Shown: in pieces, positions 53,678 through 61,931 of the stretch | Numbering within the stretch: the first letter of the stretch is position 1 | How the letters are laid out: the number at the start of each line of letters is the position of its first letter | NCBI GenBank assembly: GCA_035506675.1 | Contig: DATJOX010000059.1 | Coordinates: 140,886 to 204,885, forward strand | Source of the DNA: Methanomassiliicoccales archaeon | Lineage (GTDB): Archaea; Thermoplasmatota; Thermoplasmata; Methanomassiliicoccales; UBA472 | DNA length: 64,000 bases | Direction: 5' to 3' | Program-made: the position numbers and the translations under genes | The notes under the pieces: generated by a model | Database searches by the model: none | Told to the model about the DNA's origin: nothing | What the model saw: the letters and a program-made list of their open reading frames with translations, nothing else

Positions 53678-54589
53678 ATGGGGAGCCGCGCCGACCTGCA
53701 TGTGCACACCAAGTATTCTGGGCTCGCGCGTCTCGGTTTCCTTCGCTTCCCTGAATCCGTGAGCGAGCCGCGCGACGTTGTCAAGCAGGCGAATCGCAAG
53801 GGTCTGAGCGTGGTCTGCGTGACCGACCACAACACCATCCGAGGGGGGGTGCTGGCCAAGGACCACGCGAAGGAATTCCCCGGCACGGAGGTGGTGATCG
53901 GCGAGGAGATAAGCACCCTCGACGGGGAGCTCATCGGCCTCTTCCTGAACGAGACCGTGCCCAAGGACCTGAGCGCAGCAGAAAGCGTCGATCGCATTCG
54001 CGCTCAAGGTGGGTTAACGGTAGCGCCTCACCCCTTCAGCGCGCACGTACCTGGACTAGGAAGCCGGGTGGACACGCTCAATCTCGACGCTCTCGAAGTG
54101 CTCAATGGCGGGCACGTCGACGGCTATGCGAATGACAAGGCGGCGGAGCACGCGCGCAGCGGACGTTGGGCCACAGTGGGAGGGAGCGACTCGCACTCCT
54201 TGCCACCGATAGGCTGCTCGTACACCGAGTTCGATGGACAAGGAGCCGAGGGGCTGCGCAAGTCCGTCCTGAACAAGAGCACCAAAGCGGGCGGCAGCCC
54301 GATGCCGATAGGTCTCCACGTAGCGTGGAGCGTCGAGGTCGCCTTCGCCTCCGACAGGCTGTTGATCGGCTCGCTGCTGGGTCGCAGCGTGGAAGTCGAC
54401 GAATATGACGTCACGATGAAGAAGGTGCGTGATATCGGCACCGGAAAGAAGATCCTCGCGATCGCCGGCTCGATTGTTTTCTTCGTTCCCCCGATACCCT
54501 ACCTTGTAGGCATCATCGGTCAGCGACGCATCCGCATGATGAACAGCGGCCCTATGCACGAAGAGGACTCGAGGAAGCGGCTGATCTAG
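53678..54589 (+). CDS. PHP-domain phosphoesterase with a C-terminal membrane anchor
   Basis: 303 aa. ADLHVHTKYS...VCVTDHN...GGSDSH. Hydrophobic stretch ILAIAGSIVFFVPPIPYLVGII near the C-terminus. Confidence 0.8.
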   Translation: MGSRADLHVHTKYSGLARLGFLRFPESVSEPRDVVKQANRKGLSVVCVTDHNTIRGGVLAKDHAKEFPGTEVVIGEEISTLDGELIGLFLNETVPKDLSAAESVDRIRAQGGLTVAPHPFSAHVPGLGSRVDTLNLDALEVLNGGHVDGYANDKAAEHARSGRWATVGGSDSHSLPPIGCSYTEFDGQGAEGLRKSVLNKSTKAGGSPMPIGLHVAWSVEVAFASDRLLIGSLLGRSVEVDEYDVTMKKVRDIGTGKKILAIAGSIVFFVPPIPYLVGIIGQRRIRMMNSGPMHEEDSRKRLI

Positions 54590-55977
54590 GCATCGTGGTG
54601 ATGAGTAGGGTCGACAAGGTTGGCGAATGCGTTCACGACCACCTCGCTGAGCGCAGGGTGGATGGTCTGGCTTCTGGCGATCGGAGTGTATGTTTGATCG
54701 GCGCAGTTCATCAGATACACCAGCGGTTGCACGAGCAGGGAGGCCTGCGGCCCGCATACCGTCGCCCCAAGTATCCGCAGGGTCTCCGCGTCCACGATGA
54801 CCTTTGCGAAACCGTCGTTCTCGTTCATCGCGAACCCTTTCGCCGTGTCGATGTAGCGGCTCGTTCCGACGAAGTAACGACGCCCGCGCTTCTTCGCCTC
54901 CGCCTCCGTCATTCCCACCACTCCCACCTCCGGATAGGTGAAGATGGCATGAGGGACCGCGTGCTCGTCGAACCGCACCTTCACCTTGCCGAAGGCATTG
55001 AACCAGGCGACGTCCGCGGCGTAGTTGGCGGTGTGCCGGAACATGTGACGCCCGATGATGTCGCCGAAGGCCCATATTCCTTGCACCGACGTCTCCAGGT
55101 ATTCGTTCACGACCACGTATCCCTGGGAATCCGTGCCCACATTTGTCGCCCTCACGTCGAGCAGGTCCGCATTGCTCTGCACGCCGGTCGTCACTAGTAT
55201 CTGATCGACCTCGACCTCTTCCACCTCGCCGGTGGCCCGATCACGATATGAGATCGTCTTTCCCGTCGGGCCGGTCCTCACCTGGGTCGTGTCCTTGTTC
55301 GTTCTAGTGGTGAGGTATTCGGACATCTTCCTTGACACCAGGCCGCTGACCTCCGGCTCCTCCCTCGGTAGGAGGACGGGGTTGTGACCGATGATCACGA
55401 CCTCGGCCCCGAACGCCGAGAAGAAGTGCCCGAACTCGCATGCCTTGTAACCACCCCCAAGGATCGCCAGGCGTTCAGGGGGGCGCTCGATGTCGAAGAC
55501 CGTCTCGGACGTGAGGAATCCCGCCTCATTGAGCCCAGGAATCGGCGGGACCCAGGTGCGCACACCGCAGGCGATCATGATCTTCGGAGCACGTATCTGT
55601 TCCTGCCCCACCTGCAGGGTCTTCATGCCGACGAACTTCGCCCTCACGTTGTAGAAACCCAGCTCCGTGTCGGCGGCGACCCCCTGCTCCATTTGGTGGC
55701 GATCGTGCAGCACCAGTTCCCACATGCGTTTGCGCACGAGCTCGAAGTCGACGTTCTCCACCTTTGCCGCGACCCCGATCCCCTTCCCATCGAGCAGCTC
55801 CCGCACGAGAGTGGCTGGTTCAATCATGATCTTGCTTGGGATGCAGCCTCTATTCAGGCACGTCCCGCCCAGGGGACCGTCCTCGACGATTGCGACCCTG
55901 AGGCCGTTCCCGCGCGCGCGAGCGGCGACGTTCATGCCCGCCCCAGTTCCAATGACTATTAGGTCGTATTCCTTCAC
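54586..55977 (-). CDS. Class I pyridine nucleotide-disulfide oxidoreductase (dihydrolipoamide dehydrogenase/mycothione reductase-like)
   Basis: 463 aa. FAD GxGxxG (VIGTGAGM), redox-active GGTCLNRGCIPSK, NAD GGGYKACEF, and a dimerisation domain. Confidence 0.88.
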   Translation of the reverse strand: MKEYDLIVIGTGAGMNVAARARGNGLRVAIVEDGPLGGTCLNRGCIPSKIMIEPATLVRELLDGKGIGVAAKVENVDFELVRKRMWELVLHDRHQMEQGVAADTELGFYNVRAKFVGMKTLQVGQEQIRAPKIMIACGVRTWVPPIPGLNEAGFLTSETVFDIERPPERLAILGGGYKACEFGHFFSAFGAEVVIIGHNPVLLPREEPEVSGLVSRKMSEYLTTRTNKDTTQVRTGPTGKTISYRDRATGEVEEVEVDQILVTTGVQSNADLLDVRATNVGTDSQGYVVVNEYLETSVQGIWAFGDIIGRHMFRHTANYAADVAWFNAFGKVKVRFDEHAVPHAIFTYPEVGVVGMTEAEAKKRGRRYFVGTSRYIDTAKGFAMNENDGFAKVIVDAETLRILGATVCGPQASLLVQPLVYLMNCADQTYTPIARSQTIHPALSEVVVNAFANLVDPTHHHDA

Positions 55978-56288
55978 TGGCAGCCCCTATAGGTAAGGGA
56001 TGGGCGCAGGCTAAATCCTTGTCGCTAATTGGAGACCCTTCGAGCGACAAGGAACACTCAGCAACTATTCCTCCTAGGACTCAGTTTATTCGTTTTGTAC
56101 ATTTGTCTATCTTTTGAGGAATCACTAGCGCATTGTACAGAATCGAAAGCTTCTATTATATGTTTGTCTATCAAATGCCGGAAAATGTCTACAAACGACC
56201 AAGAAATGAGTCCGAATGTGGGCATGCGTCTGGGGTCAGCAGAATGCCGTCCCCGGGCCATTCCAAAATACGGTGTTGAGGTGAACGA

Positions 56289-57518
56289 GTGGCAGTGAAT
56301 CCTGGTGATACGGCTTGGATGCTGATCTCTACCGCCTTGGTGTTCGTGATGACGCCGGCGGTCGGGTTCTTCTACGGTGGCATGTTGCGCAAGCAGAACA
56401 TGCTCTCCATCCTCGGTCAGACGATCATCATCCTGGGGATGGTGACGCTTGTCTGGGTGACGGTGGGCTTCACTCTCGCCTTCGGCGCGTTCAGGGAACC
56501 GCTGATCGGCAATTTTGATTGGGTGATGCTAAAGGGCATCGGCGGAGGTCCACTCGATCAATACGCTCCCACGATCCCTGGCATACTGTACATGATGTTC
56601 CAGGGGATGTTCGCGATCATCACCGTGGCACTCATAATCGGCGGAATCGCAGAGAGGATGAGATTGAAGGCGCTCGTAGTCTTCCTCTTCATCTGGACGT
56701 TCGCCGTCTACATACCGGTCGCGCACTGGGTCTGGGGCGGGGGCTGGCTCGCCGCGTTGGGCGCGCTCGACTTTGCGGGCGGGACAGTCGTGCACATCAC
56801 CGCTGGCATATCCGTGCTCGCCGCCGTCCTCGTGCTTGGCAAAAGGGTGACGGCGAACAACGGCAACCTGGAAACCCCGCACAACATTCCATTTGTGGTC
56901 CTTGGTGGCGCCTTGCTCTGGATCGGTTGGTTCGGATTCAACGGCGGCAGCGCGTTGAGTTCCGGAGAGCTTGCCGCGAATGCCTTCGTAGTCACGCACA
57001 TCGCCGCGGCGACCGCGGCCACGGTCTGGGGGCTGATCTCATGGCTGCATCTCGGTCGACCGGGCGTGCTTGGCATGATCTCAGGGGCGGTTGCTGGGCT
57101 GGTGGCGATCACGCCCGCGTCCGGGTACGTGGACGTTTCCGGGGCGATCGCGATCGGGATTGGCGCAGGAGTGTTCTGCTACGGCGGCATCCTGCTGCGC
57201 AGGAGGCTCGGGTTCGATGATGCGCTCGATGTTTTCGGCGTCCATGGGGTCGGCGGCACGTGGGGAGCGATCGCGACCGGCCTCTTCGCGACGTCATCGG
57301 TCAACTCCGCAGTGATAAACAACGGTCTATTCTACGGCGGCGGCCTAAGTCTGCTCGGATCGCAGATAATCGCGGTAGCCGTGGTATGGGGTTTCGCTTT
57401 CAGCGTGACCTTCGTCCTAATGCACATCCTGAAGCGCGTGATGGCCGTCCGCATGACCAAGGAAGAGGAACGGATCGGTGCTGACATCATCCAGCACGGG
57501 GAGACGGCTTACTCGTGA
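56289..57518 (+). CDS. amt: Ammonium transporter
   Basis: 409 aa from a GTG start. NPGDTAWMLISTALVFVMTP and the DFAGGTVVH signature. Confidence 0.92.
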   Translation: MAVNPGDTAWMLISTALVFVMTPAVGFFYGGMLRKQNMLSILGQTIIILGMVTLVWVTVGFTLAFGAFREPLIGNFDWVMLKGIGGGPLDQYAPTIPGILYMMFQGMFAIITVALIIGGIAERMRLKALVVFLFIWTFAVYIPVAHWVWGGGWLAALGALDFAGGTVVHITAGISVLAAVLVLGKRVTANNGNLETPHNIPFVVLGGALLWIGWFGFNGGSALSSGELAANAFVVTHIAAATAATVWGLISWLHLGRPGVLGMISGAVAGLVAITPASGYVDVSGAIAIGIGAGVFCYGGILLRRRLGFDDALDVFGVHGVGGTWGAIATGLFATSSVNSAVINNGLFYGGGLSLLGSQIIAVAVVWGFAFSVTFVLMHILKRVMAVRMTKEEERIGADIIQHGETAYS

Positions 57519-57528
57519 GGTGCTTGAA

Positions 57529-57858
57529 ATGATGAAGGTTGAGGCGATAATCCGGCCGGAGAAGTTGAACGCGGTCAAGGCGAGCCTGGAGGAGATCGGC
57601 GTGCACGGTATGACCGCCTACCCGGTTCAGGGACGAGGCGAGCAGAAGGGCCTCTGCTTCACGCACCGCGCAGGCAACTACCGCATCGACATGCTCGAGA
57701 AGACCAAGCTGGAGATCGTGGTCTCCGACGACCAGACAGAGAAGGTGGTTGAGACGGTCTGCCAGGCCGCGAGGACCGGGGACGCCGGGGACGGCAAGAT
57801 CTTCGTGTACCCGGTGGCCAGGGTGATACGCGTGCGTACCGGCGAAGAGGTCAAGTGA
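57529..57858 (+). CDS. glnK: P-II nitrogen regulatory protein GlnK
   Basis: 109 aa from the ATG at 57529. MKVEAIIRPEKL...T-loop GRGEQKG...DGKIFVYP. Confidence 0.92.
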   Translation: MMKVEAIIRPEKLNAVKASLEEIGVHGMTAYPVQGRGEQKGLCFTHRAGNYRIDMLEKTKLEIVVSDDQTEKVVETVCQAARTGDAGDGKIFVYPVARVIRVRTGEEVK

Positions 57859-57916
57859 CGATGGCTCTCTGCCAAAACTCTTTCCAAACCCCTTCCCTTT
57901 CTTTCTAGTTCATTCT

Positions 57917-58099
57917 TCAAATCGTCGATCGGCTGTCGGTTCTCTTGGCCTTGCATTTCCAGCAGGACGCGTTCTTACTTACGTTCATCGCGTCGCAGGA
58001 GCTGCACTTCCACATGCTCTTCATGTCATAGGTGTCGCAGACCGCGCATTTCGATGGCACCTTGGCACGCTCCTCTTCATCCGCCACTTTCTCATCCAC
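57917..58099 (-). CDS. Small zinc-finger protein with a RanBP2-type signature
   Basis: 60 aa. WKCSSCDAMNVSKNASCWKC fits W-x-C-x2-C-x3-N-x6-C-x2-C exactly. An extra CAVC pair lies upstream. Confidence 0.6.
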   Translation of the reverse strand: MDEKVADEEERAKVPSKCAVCDTYDMKSMWKCSSCDAMNVSKNASCWKCKAKRTDSRSTI

Positions 58100-58117
58100 C
58101 CTTTAGCGATGGCGATC

Positions 58118-58354
58118 TCAGATGAATATGAGCACGATGAGAGCGACCACGAGCACCAACGTGGCGAGCGAGATGTTGTACGTGTTCTTGATCTGCCGCC
58201 TCAGCTCTTCGTATCCGCCCTCGCGCATCGGCATCGGATATGCCTGCGTCGTCTGCGTTGGCTTCGCTTCAGTCTTGTTGACAGGCTTTCCGCAGTAGCT
58301 GCAATAGGCCGCGTCATCGGGAATCAATCGTCCGCAGTTCCAGCAAGTTGCCAT
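58118..58354 (-). CDS. Zinc-ribbon protein with a C-terminal TM anchor
   Basis: 78 aa. CWNCG...CSYCG, then the hydrophobic tail ISLATLVLVVALIVLIFI. Confidence 0.6.
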   Translation of the reverse strand: MATCWNCGRLIPDDAAYCSYCGKPVNKTEAKPTQTTQAYPMPMREGGYEELRRQIKNTYNISLATLVLVVALIVLIFI

Positions 58355-58475
58355 GTTTACACCGAGAGGCTTCTCTCAGTCGGGTGTATTTGAATTGTGG
58401 CCCCGAGGTCAGAGCATTGGCCGCAAGCTACCACTCTATCGTCTTTGGCGTGTGAACGAGTAGGGTAGTGCTCGA

Positions 58476-59018
58476 TCATCTCAGGGTGCGGATGAGCTTC
58501 ATCGATTCGCGCATGAACGAAGGCAGATCGCCGGGAAATCGCGAGGTGACCAGGTTGCCATCGACAACGACCTCCGCGTCGGCGTACTGTGCTCCTGCGT
58601 TGGTGAGTTCCTGAGGGACTCCGTCCCCCCAGAAGGAGGTCATCTTTCTTCCTCGGACCACGCCCGCTGAGATGAGCGTGTAGGGCCCATGGCATATCGA
58701 TGCCACGGGCTTGTTCTTCTGCATGAACTCGCGAGCGATCGCTTGGGCCTTCGGGTGCTTGCGCACCGTCATGGGGGCCCCGTTTGGATCGCCACCCGGC
58801 AAGAAGAGCACGTCGTAGTCCCCCGGATCGACCTGATCGAACGTCTTCGCCGGCATGAGGCTGTACCCGTGCTCGCCGTTGAGCTGTTCCATCTTCGGTG
58901 CGGCGACATCCGCGTGGATTCCTTCCTCGAGGAGCCTGAAGTAGGGATACAGGACCTCTAGATCTTCGAACTTGTCTGCGGTCAGCATTATGGCTCTTGT
59001 CGCTTCACCGGGGGGCAT
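58476..59018 (-). CDS. DJ-1/PfpI-family protein (class I glutamine amidotransferase-like)
   Basis: 180 aa. Nucleophile elbow ASICHGP. LPGG motif. Confidence 0.88.
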   Translation of the reverse strand: MPPGEATRAIMLTADKFEDLEVLYPYFRLLEEGIHADVAAPKMEQLNGEHGYSLMPAKTFDQVDPGDYDVLFLPGGDPNGAPMTVRKHPKAQAIAREFMQKNKPVASICHGPYTLISAGVVRGRKMTSFWGDGVPQELTNAGAQYADAEVVVDGNLVTSRFPGDLPSFMRESMKLIRTLR

Positions 59019-59106
59019 TCTGTTCTCCTCCCACTGACTCTCGACTAGCCTGGATATAATGATTGGCAGAATTGAGATCGAGATGAGCTATGGAGCCACG
59101 GGCAGA

Positions 59107-59130
59107 ATGAGAGCGGGCGAGTGGGGATTC
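59107..59130. repeat. Partial copy of the tRNA-Arg 3' end (distal att-like repeat)
   Basis: ATGAGAGCGGGCGAGtGGGGATTC matches 60959-60982 at 23 of 24 positions. Weaker similarity continues for about 7 more nt with a 2-nt indel. Confidence 0.8.
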
Positions 59131-59248
59131 ACTCCGGCGAAGATTCAATTCACGATCAAATCGACATTGTGGTCGAATTCCTATTTTGATTCCCCGTTGA
59201 GAATGGATGTCTGGCTAGGAGGATCTCTGGCCCCCCCCCGTGTCCACT

Positions 59249-60376
59249 TCACTTCTCAAACAAGAGGTCCCTCAGCTGACGGAACTGCTCGGGGGTGATC
59301 TCCCCGTTGGTCAATCGCCACTTCAGCTTCTTCATCATTTCATCTTGATCGGTGGAGGGAGACAACCCCTTCTCTGCCCTCGCACCTTTCTTTTTGATCG
59401 TCCAATGGCATGTCCCATCGCCTTTGGTCATCATGCGGTCATACTTGAACTCGTAGGATGGGTCGATTGCTTCGCAGATGCCATTGAAGAATGTTTGGTA
59501 TTGCTCACATATCTCTTTCGGTGAATCGGAGAATGGGCACTTGCAGATCTCCTGCACCGTTCCCACACCATTCTCCTCGAGATTACTCGATTTCTGATGC
59601 GCTCTACAGATCATTGATACGATGTTCGTCAGCGTTTCCTGGTTGGATGATGATTCTCCAATCTTCTTCGCAAGGCGACCTCCTATGGAGAGGCCTGACA
59701 TCCTCATGTAGTGGCCCAGGACGTCCATGGCCTTTTCAGGTCCCGCCCAGTCGCTGAATGCTTTTGCCGACACCACCCAAAACTCTCCATATCCGGCGAG
59801 TTGCCAAAACAATCGCTCCTTAGCGGAGAATTGGCAAGTCGAAATATCATCGAGCGGCTCCGAATCGAAGGTCTCACCATTCTTCACTCTGAATTCGCAA
59901 GATCCGTCGCCGAACGAAAGCGACCTTGTAAGATTCCATTCGAGGCCTGAAGGCAATCCTTCGCGACGAACCATCTCTTCGAAGCAATTGCCACCAGCGT
60001 ACTGGCAATAGCATATGCATGCCTCTCTACACGCACCCCCGGTCGCACATCCTTCAATTCTTACCAATGCTTCCTGGTGACCGACCTTGGCCACAAGTTC
60101 TGCCTCGTGTATCATATTTGGATAGTAAATCGTGCAAAGCACGGCGTCTTTCAGATTGTTTTCGAAATGGCGTTCTGAATCATAGTATCTATCTGCGCCT
60201 ACCATTCCAATAATCTTCCAGTACGGATATAGATGCTTAAGCGCAACCTCCGAACCTGCATTGTCAACGAATGCCTGAGTGGTGGTCAACCACCACTCTC
60301 TAAGCAATCTGACCGATAATTCGTTCTTCTCCTCCTCGGACAACTCCAATGCTGGTTCCTGCCCCATTTGCCCCAT
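59249..60376 (-). CDS. Cys-rich protein with two tandem ATC-hydrolase-like modules and a SHOCT-like C-terminus
   Basis: 375 aa. Two modules end ...SLSFGDGSCEFRV and ...MTKGDGTCHWTI, each preceded by Cys clusters, reminiscent of PF14196-type proteins. The tail MMKKLKWRLTNGEITPEQFRQLRDLL is SHOCT-like. Confidence 0.5.
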   Translation of the reverse strand: MGQMGQEPALELSEEEKNELSVRLLREWWLTTTQAFVDNAGSEVALKHLYPYWKIIGMVGADRYYDSERHFENNLKDAVLCTIYYPNMIHEAELVAKVGHQEALVRIEGCATGGACREACICYCQYAGGNCFEEMVRREGLPSGLEWNLTRSLSFGDGSCEFRVKNGETFDSEPLDDISTCQFSAKERLFWQLAGYGEFWVVSAKAFSDWAGPEKAMDVLGHYMRMSGLSIGGRLAKKIGESSSNQETLTNIVSMICRAHQKSSNLEENGVGTVQEICKCPFSDSPKEICEQYQTFFNGICEAIDPSYEFKYDRMMTKGDGTCHWTIKKKGARAEKGLSPSTDQDEMMKKLKWRLTNGEITPEQFRQLRDLLFEK

Positions 60377-60584
60377 ATTGATTGGCGCTCAGACCCTCAT
60401 TATGACATCGAGGGTAGAAATAAGGAAAGGGTTTGGGTCTATCTCTGACCCTCATACAGGCTCAAGGTCCCAGGATGCACAAAGCGGCACCCAGCCAGCA
60501 GGTTTGCTGAGTGAAAACCCAAAACTCACGGCATTCCTGCGAATTCCCTAGTATCCATGGCCCCATGCCAATCATGGATGTTGA

Positions 60585-60890
60585 ATGGAGATCGGGAAAC
60601 TCAAGTGCCGAGAATGTGGGGCGCCACTTGAACCGCACCAAAAATGGTGCCCTAGTTGCGGAGCTCAACAGATTGACGCCTCAATGGCGGTTCCGATCTT
60701 CTTCATCGCGAACTTCCTTTGCTATCTGGCATTATCATATCTCATGTCAGACTCGTCAGAGCTGCTTGGCTTCATTGTTCGAGCCACATCCTCGGTGGCA
60801 GCTGGAATTGTCGTTCTCGCAATCATCTCATACAGGCCTAGAATTGAGAGATGGTTGAGAGGCTATTCGCGCTCACATTCCTCAAGATGA
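60585..60890 (+). CDS. Zinc-ribbon membrane protein
   Basis: 101 aa. CRECG...CPSCG followed by two hydrophobic helices. Confidence 0.5.
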   Translation: MEIGKLKCRECGAPLEPHQKWCPSCGAQQIDASMAVPIFFIANFLCYLALSYLMSDSSELLGFIVRATSSVAAGIVVLAIISYRPRIERWLRGYSRSHSSR

Positions 60891-60958
60891 TATGCTAAAG
60901 AGTCGCCTCGAACTTCAATCCTTGCTGATTGACGAAAAAGAGAGACTATGTGGCTAAG

Positions 60959-60982
60959 ATGAGAGCGGGCGAGCGGGGATTC
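60959..60982. repeat. Proximal att-like repeat (7 nt downstream flank plus the last 17 nt of tRNA-Arg)
   Basis: ATGAGAGCGGGCGAGcGGGGATTC, the partner of 59107-59130. Confidence 0.8.
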
Positions 60983-61040
60983 GAACCCCGGACCTGCAGC
61001 TTAGGAGGCTGCTGCCATATCCAGTCTAGGCCACTCGCCC
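60966..61040 (-). tRNA. tRNA-Arg (anticodon CCT)
   Basis: Hand-folded 75-nt cloverleaf. Acceptor GGGCGAG/CTCGCCC, anticodon stem GCAGC/GCTGC with loop CTCCTAA, T-arm CGGGG-TTCGAAT-CCCCG, discriminator G. No encoded CCA. TTCTATTA lies about 25-30 nt upstream. Confidence 0.9.
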
Positions 61041-61089
61041 TAATGCAGAGCAGAACGCAGAACTAATAGAAAAGGGAAGGGGGTTAGGC

Positions 61090-61857
61090 TTACTCGCTCG
61101 GGAGCTCTTCCGGCTGGCGTTCCTCTTTCTTCTCTTCAGCCGGCTTCTCCTCTTCCTTCTTCGCGTACTCCTCCACGAAGCGCACCATCTTGGCCCCCAA
61201 CGCCTCGCGCAGGTCGGCCACGATCTTGTACTTCGCGAGCATCCACTTCTGGTCGTACTTGCACACGTCGGGAATCACGACGCTGACGTCCTTGCCGTCC
61301 AGGGTCGGAACGAAGCCCTCCGCGTTGCCGTAGTCCATTTGGATCAGCGCTTGCACCTTCTCGACGTCGTCGATCAGCTTGCACATGATCTTGAACTTGT
61401 ACTTCAGAGTGCGTCCGGCGAACTTGCGGTTGAAGTCCACGCGGACCACGCGCGGCGTGATCGCCACGACCGCGCCGACGCGGTTCTTGATGTTGACGTC
61501 CATACCGATCTTGGGCTCGATCTCCTGGCGCAAGAAATCACGCACCGGGATCTGCTCTACCAGCTTCGGGTCCCGAGCGCCCGCCGCTTTCTCAGGCGGA
61601 ATCGTTATCTCGCGATCCTCGCCGACGAACGAGTTCTGGAGCGCTTCGTCCAGTCCTTCGAAGAGCCTTCCGCCCCCCACAAGGACGGGGATCGCGCCGT
61701 AAGTGACGTTCTCGTTGAACAGCCCTGCCTCTTTCGCGACGTCGGCAATCGAGGTGTCGAAGAGCTCGTCGGTGTCCGCGATCCAACCGCTGTAATCCAG
61801 ACGGATGATATCTCCCTTCGCGATCTTGATTGCGTTCTCGGGCATTTCAGTGGACAT
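61090..61857 (-). CDS. FKBP-type peptidyl-prolyl cis-trans isomerase (long archaeal SlyD-like form)
   Basis: 255 aa. FKBP core with IF insert (GDIIRLDYSGW...LFDTS...IPVLVGGGRLFEGLDEAL). Charged KKEEEKPAEEKKEE tail. Confidence 0.88.
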   Translation of the reverse strand: MSTEMPENAIKIAKGDIIRLDYSGWIADTDELFDTSIADVAKEAGLFNENVTYGAIPVLVGGGRLFEGLDEALQNSFVGEDREITIPPEKAAGARDPKLVEQIPVRDFLRQEIEPKIGMDVNIKNRVGAVVAITPRVVRVDFNRKFAGRTLKYKFKIMCKLIDDVEKVQALIQMDYGNAEGFVPTLDGKDVSVVIPDVCKYDQKWMLAKYKIVADLREALGAKMVRFVEEYAKKEEEKPAEEKKEERQPEELPSE

Positions 61858-61931
61858 GTGATTTCACCAGTAGCCTTGATTGAGCAGTCTCGGGATTTGT
61901 TCGCCACTCTTATATCTTTTGGTCGCGGCGG

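Larger units (their letters stand above)
59107..60982. mobile_element. Probable remnant of a tRNA-Arg-integrated element (no integrase retained)
   Basis: Direct repeats lie at both ends, one inside the intact tRNA-Arg 3' end. The interior looks lower in GC: hand-counted 60-nt lines give about 38-50%, with one at 60%, against 65% in one sampled core line. Cargo is two non-housekeeping ORFs. Confidence 0.55.

Noticed and set aside
59059-59298. A 79-aa ORF running through the distal att-like repeat, considered as a possible fragment of an SSV-type integrase split by integration.
   Set aside because: The shared MRAGE(W/R)GF translation at both repeats simply reflects the repeated DNA. The remaining sequence is short and shows no tyrosine-recombinase motifs. 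No integrase-like ORF exists at either end.
60511-60858. A 115-aa ORF overlapping the gene at 60585-60890 in another frame.
   Set aside because: The alternative frame (60585-60890) encodes a coherent zinc ribbon plus two TM helices. The 115-aa frame has no comparable features.
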